Source of the DNA: an uncultured delta proteobacterium
Lineage (GTDB): Bacteria; Myxococcota_A; Polyangia; Palsa-1104
Length of the DNA: 64,000 nucleotides
Direction of reading: 5' to 3'
NCBI GenBank assembly: GCA_963785725.1
Contig: CAWAWS010000033.1
Location: forward strand, 288,001-352,000
Shown here in pieces: positions 56,072 through 64,000 of the stretch. A model generated the notes under the pieces. That model did not search any database. It saw only the letters and a program-made list of their open reading frames with translations, and was not told the origin of the DNA. Position 1 is the stretch's first letter. Each line of letters starts with the position of its first letter. Made by a program: the position numbers and the translations under genes.

Positions 56072-56384
56072 GCGTGGTCTCTCCTTCAGCTCGTGGGCAG
56101 GTTATGTCGGCCGCTCGATCGAGTGAGGTCGGCCGTGTCGGTCACTCGCGCCACTCTACCACGCGTGCCAGCTCTCTTCTCCGCCGAGAGAGATTCGCCG
56201 CGCGAGAAACGCGTGATTCAATAAATCGACGACTGGTGAAAGGTCGCTCGAGTGCGATCACTTGCGGTCAAACGATCGAGTATGAAGTGGCTATCGGCCA
56301 TAGACGTAACAGGATGGTGCCGCTTAGGCCGCGTGCGGCCTAGCTTAGGGCGTGTGGCTGCCCGCGCCGCCTCGCGAGCAGAGG

Positions 56385-56780
56385 TCAGGGCTCCGCGTGG
56401 CCGAGCTCGTGCGTGCCGTAACTATCGCGCAGGTCATCGACGCGGCGGTCGAGCTGCGCGCTGCCCCAAAGGATGACCTCGGAGGCGGCGATGCAATAAA
56501 GCGCGTCGCCCACGAAGAGCGGGACGAAGACGCCCTCGCAGCGTGGGATCGATCGTCCTTCGGATTCGCAGAAGTAGACGAGTGGCCGGATGAGCTTCTG
56601 AGCAACCCAGTCGTCGTCGAGCGCTTCGGGCGCGACCACCTCGAAGGTCCTGCCGTCGGTGTTCGTGCGACTGGCGAAATCGTCGGCCGCCTTTTCGATC
56701 GTGAGCGTCACATCCTTGAGCGGCTGCTCTTTGAAGAAGGCCTTGTCGAGAAGTGGTTTCAGATCGATCGGCATCAGCAT
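56385..56780 (-). CDS. Hypothetical protein
   Basis: AGAGGAGGT RBS; globular composition. Confidence 0.65.
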   Translation of the reverse strand: MLMPIDLKPLLDKAFFKEQPLKDVTLTIEKAADDFASRTNTDGRTFEVVAPEALDDDWVAQKLIRPLVYFCESEGRSIPRCEGVFVPLFVGDALYCIAASEVILWGSAQLDRRVDDLRDSYGTHELGHAEP

Positions 56781-56797
56781 ACCTCCTCTATGACCGC

Positions 56798-56983
56798 TCA
56801 TCCCGTGGGCAGCGGCGGTCCCGGAATGCGCCCTTCACGAGCGTCGGTGACGACCGCGGCGTCTTCCGCGTCTTCCTCGGCTGCCTCTTCGGCGGCTAGG
56901 CGATCGTCCTCTTGCTCCTCCTCGTCGTCGCGCGGCGAATCGCTCGTGGGCGCGGCGCTGTTCGGATCGGCCTTGGTTCCCAT
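56798..56983 (-). CDS. Small acidic, probably disordered protein
   Basis: GAGGA RBS; D/E-rich. Confidence 0.55.
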   Translation of the reverse strand: MGTKADPNSAAPTSDSPRDDEEEQEDDRLAAEEAAEEDAEDAAVVTDAREGRIPGPPLPTG

Positions 56984-57076
56984 GTTGTCCTCGCTCCTCA
57001 AAGTAGACTGACGCGCTCGGCATGCAAGAGCTGCGGATTGCGGGGATCCAAGCGAAAGCCCGGCTTGCGAAGCTCG

Positions 57077-57832
57077 TCACGGTCGGTCGAGCTCCTCTCC
57101 AATCTCGAGATGGCTCGTCGGGCGCGCCGACTCCCTCACCAAGAGCAACGGGCTCGTGACGTGCGCGAAGAGGCCCCTGAGAACTGCGGCATGGCCCGCC
57201 GTCAGATCGCCGCGCCAACCGACGACCACGACGCTGCTCGCTTCACCGGCAATCATCGCGAGCAACTGGTCGAGCACGTCTCCGGTCGCCAGCGACACAG
57301 TCTGAATCCGGTGACGCTCCTTGGGCGAGAACAAGGCCAGCGCGCCACTGACGAGCTCGTCGAGCTGCCCGGGATACTCGTGATGGAGCGCATCGGCATA
57401 GCGCGTCCGCACCTCGAGCCCTTCATCGGCCGCATTCGGATTGCTGACATGAAGGACCCGGACGGTGAGATCGAGCGCCCCCGCAGCCTGCAGCGCCAGC
57501 GACAAGGCATCCCCATCGGCGTGGGCGCCGCTGACGGGGACGACGAGACGCCGCCAGGGCAGCGCTTCGCGGTATCCCGGCGGCAACAGCAGCGTCGGCA
57601 ACGCGCAGCCCCCGATGAGGCCGTGCTCGAGAGAGGCGTCGCGCGCTCTGAGGACCACGAGCGCCACGTCATGCTGGATCGTCGCGTCCAGGATGGCCCG
57701 TTCGAGGTCACCGGACGGCAAGACGTGGAGGCGCGCCCGCAGCTGCTGCGCGAGCCAGGTGGCACACGTGACCCCTTCCGATACCGACGACGGGTCATCG
57801 AGGGCGACCAGGAGCGAGGAGAAAGTAGTCAT
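57077..57832 (-). CDS. Universal stress protein (tandem USP domains)
   Basis: LLVALD, RRLVVPVSG, VLHV, VVVGWRG, PLLLV; ATGA overlap with the GH65 gene. Confidence 0.75.
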   Translation of the reverse strand: MTTFSSLLVALDDPSSVSEGVTCATWLAQQLRARLHVLPSGDLERAILDATIQHDVALVVLRARDASLEHGLIGGCALPTLLLPPGYREALPWRRLVVPVSGAHADGDALSLALQAAGALDLTVRVLHVSNPNAADEGLEVRTRYADALHHEYPGQLDELVSGALALFSPKERHRIQTVSLATGDVLDQLLAMIAGEASSVVVVGWRGDLTAGHAAVLRGLFAHVTSPLLLVRESARPTSHLEIGEELDRP

Positions 57833-60111
57833 CGCCCGTCCTCCGATTCGACGTGGATGGCGTGGAGCTGCCCGCGCCAGGCGAGCCTGAGGTCCACCGC
57901 GCGCCAGCCGGGGACGAGCCGCGCGCCGGCCCTCGGATCGCGGCGCGGTCCCTCGTCCGTGAACGTGACGCCGAGGAATCCGGAGACCAGCGCCTGCCAC
58001 GCTGCGCCCATGCACGCGGGATGGACGCCGAGCGCGCTGTTGCCCATCCGGTTCGACAGATCGAGCCACAGGCTCTCGCGCCAGTAGCGCTCGGCGTCCT
58101 CTCGCCGCCCGAGCCGCGAAGCAATCGCCGCGTGAATGGCGGGCGACAAGCTGCTCCCGTGATCGGTCATCGGCTCGTAGTAGCGGTAGTTCGCGTCGAC
58201 GACCTCTGGTGGAAAGGCCTTCGGGAAGACATGGAGCAGCATCAGCACGTCCGCCTGTTTGATCACCTTTAGGCGGTTGATCCGCTCCCAATCGAAGAGC
58301 CGACTGATCGGCGCACGGAAGCGCTCCTCTCGAGGCAGCGGGAAATCCTCGAGCGCGAAGAACCCCTCGAACTGTTCGATGACTCCGTGCGAATTCGGCA
58401 TCGGGCAGAACAGCTCGCGGGCGACGGTGGCCCACGAGCCGAGCTCGTCGGGCAACAGCTCCAGTCGGCGCGTCAGCGCGCGCCAATGCTCAGGGAAGTT
58501 GGACTCCATCCACTGGGCGGCGGCGACCGCGCGCTCCAGATTGAAGCGCGCCATCCAATTCGTATACGCGTCGTCGTTCACCGAATGGTGGTACTCGTCC
58601 GGGCCGATGACGCCTCGGATATGAAGCAGACGTTCGCCGCGACTGCAGCGGCTCGTCCAGAAGCGCGCCGTTTCGACGAGGATCTCGACGCCGATGTCGC
58701 GTAGCAGGTCGCCGTCGCCGGTCGCCTCCCAGTATTGCCAGATGGCATACGCGACCGCCGCCGTCACGTGTATCTCCTCTGTCCCGGTGAAGATCGGGAT
58801 GCGCTTGCCGGTCGTCTTCAGCTGGATCGTGCGCGGAGTGGTGTCGTCACCGGTCACCGTGGATTCCCAGGCGTAGCAGGCGCCCCGATAGCCGAGCTTG
58901 CGTGCCTGACGACGGGCTCCGTCGAGCGTGTGGTAGCGGTACCAGAGCAGGTTGCGAGCGAGATCCGGCGCGGTGTGCAGATAGAAGGGAAACATGAACA
59001 TCTCGACGTCCCAGAAGACGTGCCCCTCGTACGCGCGCCCTGTCAGCGCGCGGGCTCCGACGGAGACGCGGGGGTCGCGGTCGGTCGCGCTGACGAGGTG
59101 ATACGCGCCGAATCGCAGCGCCTGCTCGGTCGCCGCGCTGCCCGCGATGCGCATGTCCGAGCGAGCCCAGACGGCGCGCCAGCCCTCCACGTGCGCCGCG
59201 AGCGCGTCATCGAAGTCGCTCCAAGAGAGCGCCTCGACGTGACGGATCGCGGTCGCCACCGGCTCGGGATCGTCGTTGCTGGTGAAGATGGCGACGAAGC
59301 GCCGCAGCGTCAGCCGGTCGCCGCTCGTCGCGGCGAGCCGCCAACGCATGGCATCACCCGCCGCGCCGTTCAGCATCGCCCGCGAGGCGACACAGATCTC
59401 GACGCCGGAGGCTCGGGTCCGAAAGTGCTGCACGTCCAGTGCGCGGGGCGTGGTGCCGAGCGCGATCGGGACGAGGTGCGGATGGTTATCCGCGAGATCC
59501 GGGTCGGAGGTATCGGCGCTCAGCTCGACTGTGCCCGCGTGATTCGTCAGGTGAATCGTCACTTCTTGGAGCAGCAGATGATGATCGGCGTGCGAGGCGC
59601 AGCGTGCCGTCTCGATCGTCACTCGACGATCCTCGCCGAGGTCGTACTCCGTGTGACCGCACAGCACGCCGCGACGCAGATCGAGCGTGCGGCGATGCGC
59701 GCGCAAGCACGGGCCGGCTAGCTCGACGGGGATCCCTGCGACGCTGACCCCGATGCGGAACGGGAAAGGGAGGGTCACGATCTCCGTGTAGGCGTAGTTT
59801 TCACGCTCGGAGGCCACGAGCTCGAGCTCCGAATAGGGCCGCTGTGGACACTTGGCGGCGAAGACGCCGGCGATGAAGAGGTCGCCCAGCGAGCCCGGCA
59901 ACGGCGTGTCGGGCGCTCCACGCACGCCGGCGTACCCATTACCGATGGCGAAGATGCTCTCCATCTCGTGCTCGCGCGCCGGATCGAATCCCGCCTGTTC
60001 GACCGTCCACGCCACCGGCGACTCTCGGCTCTGCAGGCTGCGCGAGGTCGATCTCGCCACGCTCTCTTCCGACAGGCGGTCCGCGGTTTTCGCTCGGTGG
60101 TATCGGTTCAC
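57829..60111 (-). CDS. GH65 glycoside hydrolase/phosphorylase
   Basis: ESIFAIGNGYAGVRG, YEGHVFWD, GPDEYH, KQAD, HGSSLS. Confidence 0.93.
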   Translation of the reverse strand: MNRYHRAKTADRLSEESVARSTSRSLQSRESPVAWTVEQAGFDPAREHEMESIFAIGNGYAGVRGAPDTPLPGSLGDLFIAGVFAAKCPQRPYSELELVASERENYAYTEIVTLPFPFRIGVSVAGIPVELAGPCLRAHRRTLDLRRGVLCGHTEYDLGEDRRVTIETARCASHADHHLLLQEVTIHLTNHAGTVELSADTSDPDLADNHPHLVPIALGTTPRALDVQHFRTRASGVEICVASRAMLNGAAGDAMRWRLAATSGDRLTLRRFVAIFTSNDDPEPVATAIRHVEALSWSDFDDALAAHVEGWRAVWARSDMRIAGSAATEQALRFGAYHLVSATDRDPRVSVGARALTGRAYEGHVFWDVEMFMFPFYLHTAPDLARNLLWYRYHTLDGARRQARKLGYRGACYAWESTVTGDDTTPRTIQLKTTGKRIPIFTGTEEIHVTAAVAYAIWQYWEATGDGDLLRDIGVEILVETARFWTSRCSRGERLLHIRGVIGPDEYHHSVNDDAYTNWMARFNLERAVAAAQWMESNFPEHWRALTRRLELLPDELGSWATVARELFCPMPNSHGVIEQFEGFFALEDFPLPREERFRAPISRLFDWERINRLKVIKQADVLMLLHVFPKAFPPEVVDANYRYYEPMTDHGSSLSPAIHAAIASRLGRREDAERYWRESLWLDLSNRMGNSALGVHPACMGAAWQALVSGFLGVTFTDEGPRRDPRAGARLVPGWRAVDLRLAWRGQLHAIHVESEDGR

Positions 60112-60357
60112 GTCGTGGAATATGCGGCCGGTCCGCGCGAACGCGAGGCCGCCGCCGTCGCGGAATCCGTCGGGCTCGCATGCGTCGAAGCCGAGCGCAC
60201 GCTCGAAGGCTCAGACGCGGCGGAGGGCTCTGCAATCCCAGGCGCGGCGGCGTCGGTTTCTGGCGGAATTCGTGTCGATTCAGCCGGCCTTGGGCGGCGC
60301 TGAGAAAGTCTCGGGCGTGCGCCTAAGCTCCGGCCGCCGGCCTCAGCTCATCGTTCG

Positions 60358-63066
60358 TCAGCGGTATTCGCAGCTCTTGACCACATTGGGCAATGGGTCG
60401 GCGCCGAACGTCGCGGCGTTGCAAGCGACGCTATCGGTTGCGTTCATCGTCACCCATTGACCATTGGCGCCGAAACGCACTTCTTTCGTGCCGCTGAAGG
60501 TGCACGTCGCATTCTCGGCCGCGCAGCTCGTATAGAGATCGGCTGAATACTGACAAGCCTTGACGGTATTGGGAATCGGGTCGCCCCCGAAAGTCGTCAC
60601 ATTGCAAGCGACCGCGCCGGCGCTGCCGTCGACGATCTTGTATTCGTATTTGCCGTCACGCCCGAAGCGAATGCGCTTCATTCCGCTCACCGTGCAGTTG
60701 TCGGCTTCGGCGGCGCAGAACGTCCATTGCTCGGGAATCGGGCCGCAGCCGGCGCCGTCGCTATATTTGACGACATAAACGCCGGGCTGAACGCCCGTGA
60801 AGTAGATGTAGTTGCCATCGGTATTGGCGCCGTTGACGCCGTTGGCGCCGACGAACGCGGCGCCATCCCACGCCGTCGCGCCGGCAATCGTGACGGTATG
60901 TGTGGCGCCGAATGTCGGGACTGCGATCGTTCCTGTCGAGCCGACATTGGAGCTGGAATCGACCGTGAGCGCGAATGAGCCGCACGACGCGCCGACGTCA
61001 TATGAAACCTGTATGGATTTGCCGGCCGCCACCGTCAGCTTGCCTTCGACGTGCGTCAAATCGCCCGGGTGCGGAATGACATGATACGTCTGGCCGACGG
61101 CGCTGTCGGGCGCGACGCCGAGCACGAAGAACGTCAGCGCCGAAGTCGGTCCCGTCGCCCAGCCGTGCGCCAGGCTGGTGAACGAATCAGAAGGCGCCGG
61201 TCCGTTGCCATTGGACGCGAAGGTTCCGTCGGTCGTAAAGCTCTCCCAAAAGGTGCTTTGCGGGCCATTGGGGTTCGTCAACATATAGCCCCATTGCATG
61301 CGGATCATGTCGAGCGCGCGCGTGTCATAACCGGCGACAAAATGGCTCATCAGCTCCATCGATCCGACGAACGTGCTGATCTGTCCCCATTCGGGCGTAA
61401 TCGAGCCGATGGCGTTCCAATTCTCGTTATGGACGTAGCTGAGGCCTTTGGCCTTCGTCGGATCGTCGATGACATCGAACCAGACGGCGAGCGCGTTGCC
61501 GTCTTGCGGGTGCAAGCTGCTGCTCGGATTGTCGCGATAAGCGCCGACGCTCGAGTCCCACAAGTAACCATTGACGCTCGTCTTCAATGTCGTGGCCAGC
61601 GCCGCGTAGCTCGTGGCCGAAGCGCTGTCGCCTTCGACGTTGGCCAGCGTCACGGCGCCATTCAATACGGCGTACAAGATCGAATTGGCCTCGATATTCT
61701 CGCCGCCTTGATCGACGCGCGGCCCCCAATCGGCCGTCGCCGTCACGTTCAAGAGGCCATTGCCGTCGATCTTGGCGGTGATATAGGCGAGCGCCGTCTT
61801 ATAACGCGCCCAAACGGTATCGAGCCACGCCTTATCGCCGGAATACAAATAGGTCAGATACGTGCCGTAGAGCGTCCACATATGATACGTGTCCGAGCCG
61901 TTATCGAGGTTCCACGGCGGACCGCACCACTGCAAATGACCATCGCTCTGCTGATGATTGAAGAGCGTGACGATGGCGTTCTTGACCGCTTCGGTATCGT
62001 TCAGCGCGGCATATCCGGTCGGCAACGAAATGGCCAAGTCGCCCGGCCACACCGTGCGATCGCGCTTGGCGCCGTCGACGACGACGACATTGCCCACTTC
62101 GCCGACGGCGCCGGTGTTGTCCCAGTTCGCGGCCGGCGCCGGCGGAACGCGCCCTTCGTGATTCAATATGACGTTGGTTTGAAACGTATACGCGCCGCCG
62201 TACCAAGCCTTATTGATCAGATCGTCGTTCGAGTAAAAATAGTTGGGATATTGATTGGGAATGACGCGCTCGGGATCGGGCGAATAGGCCAGCGTCACGC
62301 CGCTCAAATCGACGGGACCGGCCGACGTCAGGAAGATCGTCAGGTAGCGAAAGCCGCCGCGTAAGTACTTGGCGTCGCTCGTCCATGACGCCGGGCCGCT
62401 GACGGCGACGGGGATCGCGCCGTCGGAATTACCGCCGCCGGCGGAGTTGTCACTGTTGGGACCGACATAGAGCGAGGATTCGCTAAAGGCGACGCCCAAC
62501 GTAGAATTGGCGCTGGCGCTGGTGAAGGCGAGTGAAATGATACCGCCGACCTCTTTGCCGAAGTCCAATACGATCTGCGCGCCCGCGCCGGATAAGGTCG
62601 TCGCTTTGCCGGTCAAGACGTTGGTCGGATTGGCGACGCTGCCGCTCGTCGACAAGACGGCGATGGGCGTGACCGTGCGACTAGGCGGCGCCAGGATATA
62701 GGGATCGCCTTTGTTGCCCATATCGTCGTTGGACGCGCCGATATCGGCGCTGGTGGCCGCGTCGTGTGGATTCGGGCCGCCGTCGTCGGGCGCGGCGGCG
62801 TCGTCAGCGACGGCAGCATCGCCAGTGCGTCCGCCGTCCGCGGCCGGCGAAGGCGAGCTCCCGCCACAAGCCGTCAGGGCCAAAGGAAACGCATATGCGA
62901 GCAAGACGTTGGCGGGCGTGGCGCGCAATCGGCGTCGACCTCCGGCGCGCGGTTGCTTCGAGGTTTTCGCCGCACGAGACAACGAATGCCCAACAGAGCT
63001 CGCCATCGAATGGGCGATACCACGGGCCACGTCCCGCCCGTTAGTCTCATCCGTGAGACACGGCAA
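60358..63066 (-). CDS. GH78 alpha-L-rhamnosidase-like lipoprotein with two C-terminal Cys-rich repeats; start uncertain
   Basis: LDFGKEVGG, GGFRY, DGAKRDRTVWPGD, TFWE, SLAHGWATGP; LTAC lipobox. Confidence 0.88.
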   Translation of the reverse strand: MPCLTDETNGRDVARGIAHSMASSVGHSLSRAAKTSKQPRAGGRRRLRATPANVLLAYAFPLALTACGGSSPSPAADGGRTGDAAVADDAAAPDDGGPNPHDAATSADIGASNDDMGNKGDPYILAPPSRTVTPIAVLSTSGSVANPTNVLTGKATTLSGAGAQIVLDFGKEVGGIISLAFTSASANSTLGVAFSESSLYVGPNSDNSAGGGNSDGAIPVAVSGPASWTSDAKYLRGGFRYLTIFLTSAGPVDLSGVTLAYSPDPERVIPNQYPNYFYSNDDLINKAWYGGAYTFQTNVILNHEGRVPPAPAANWDNTGAVGEVGNVVVVDGAKRDRTVWPGDLAISLPTGYAALNDTEAVKNAIVTLFNHQQSDGHLQWCGPPWNLDNGSDTYHMWTLYGTYLTYLYSGDKAWLDTVWARYKTALAYITAKIDGNGLLNVTATADWGPRVDQGGENIEANSILYAVLNGAVTLANVEGDSASATSYAALATTLKTSVNGYLWDSSVGAYRDNPSSSLHPQDGNALAVWFDVIDDPTKAKGLSYVHNENWNAIGSITPEWGQISTFVGSMELMSHFVAGYDTRALDMIRMQWGYMLTNPNGPQSTFWESFTTDGTFASNGNGPAPSDSFTSLAHGWATGPTSALTFFVLGVAPDSAVGQTYHVIPHPGDLTHVEGKLTVAAGKSIQVSYDVGASCGSFALTVDSSSNVGSTGTIAVPTFGATHTVTIAGATAWDGAAFVGANGVNGANTDGNYIYFTGVQPGVYVVKYSDGAGCGPIPEQWTFCAAEADNCTVSGMKRIRFGRDGKYEYKIVDGSAGAVACNVTTFGGDPIPNTVKACQYSADLYTSCAAENATCTFSGTKEVRFGANGQWVTMNATDSVACNAATFGADPLPNVVKSCEYR

Positions 63067-63588
63067 TGCGAATGCAAAGATGCGGTAGCGTGTCTATGAA
63101 AAGCCGCGATATGCCGCGGTCTAAGCGGTAGGCGCGTTGCCCTGTAGGTGGGCCGCCGGTGGCGCTGCTGGTGCCGGCGCAGGTACTGCTCGACGGTCAT
63201 GCACTCGCAGGATTCGAGATCCCGCCAGGTTGGGGAGTAATCGCGTGCGACAATCCCCGTGGCTCACTATCGTATTTCTGGATTTGGCGGCGAGTTCTCA
63301 TTCAAGGCCATTCGGTCGCCAGTAAAGATAGCGGCGAAACTACGGAACGGTTGGGGAGATCGATAGGCTGTTAAAAGAAGCGGTCACGAAGAGCACCTTC
63401 GAACACACGGACTGCCTCGCTTTCCGCCGGTGCTTCCCCGCCGACAGGTCGCTTGGCTGCCTTGGATTGCGCCTAACAATCATGCCTGGCCCGACGCCGT
63501 CGCCTCTAGCTGCGCGCGAAGTAGCGGCCGAACGCGTTGTTCGTCGATGGAACGGCGCCTGCACCTCCGGCTCGATTAGGAGGAACCG

Positions 63589-64000
63589 ATGGACGTTCGC
63601 GAGCTGATGACGAAGCCGGTGGAGACGCTGGCCTTAGGCGACACGCTCAACTGCGCGGCAAAGCTGATGCATGACCACACGCTCGGCTGCGTGCCCGTCG
63701 TCAGTGACGAGGGCGCGCTGGTCGGCATTCTGACCGATCGTGACATCGTCATGTCGGCATACGAGTGGGGCGAGGCGCTGTGGAAACTGGTCGTGCGTCA
63801 AATGATGCACGAGCCGGTCCATGCGTGCCGCGCCGACGATGACATCACGGTCGCGGCGAAGGTGATGCGCGAGCATCGCATCCGGCGGCTGCCGGTAGTT
63901 GACGCCGACAACAAACCGATCGGGCTCATCTCACTCGACGATCTGGCGTGGGCCTCGCGTCAACCGATCCTCGATCCCACGCCGGGCCTGTCCAACGACG
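63589..64000 (+). CDS. CBS-domain protein (3'-truncated by the window edge)
   Basis: AGGAGG RBS; MDVRELMTKPV...GCVPVV...VGILTDRDI...IRRLPVV. Confidence 0.88.
   Translation, partial: MDVRELMTKPVETLALGDTLNCAAKLMHDHTLGCVPVVSDEGALVGILTDRDIVMSAYEWGEALWKLVVRQMMHEPVHACRADDDITVAAKVMREHRIRRLPVVDADNKPIGLISLDDLAWASRQPILDPTPGLSND

Noticed and set aside
56145..56175. TGGCAC upstream of DyP as a sigma54 promoter
   Set aside because: No GC at the -12 position

Overview
High-GC bacterial window, probably Myxococcota/Polyangia (inferred from a MYXO-CTERM protein, Ser/Thr kinases with WD40/TPR repeats, a type IV pilin and many receiver domains). The most notable region is a minus-strand locus at about 4650-8560. 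It has two position-aligned Cys-Cys leader peptides, each followed by an intrinsic terminator (apparent cysteine-sensing attenuators), and three copies of a TCCG-N6-CGGA palindrome. Downstream lie a Zn-finger-like protein, a sulfur-poor DsrEFH/TusBCD-like trio, a DUF2325-like protein, a 31-aa membrane peptide, an atypical GCA-anticodon tRNA with a G73 discriminator, a clade-D-like beta-carbonic anhydrase and a Tat-signal DOPA dioxygenase. The window also holds two candidate RiPP loci (S41 peptidase/GG-leader precursor/radical SAM-SPASM, and a lanthipeptide-type-leader precursor/2OG-Fe(II) oxygenase), an amtB-porin-PII plus two-component/NtrC-type cluster, a DyP-encapsulin pair, an HTH/nucleotidyltransferase TA-like pair, secreted lipases and glycoside hydrolases. 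Five single-base frameshifts are probably sequencing or assembly indels. All family calls come from motif recognition by eye, not from database searches.
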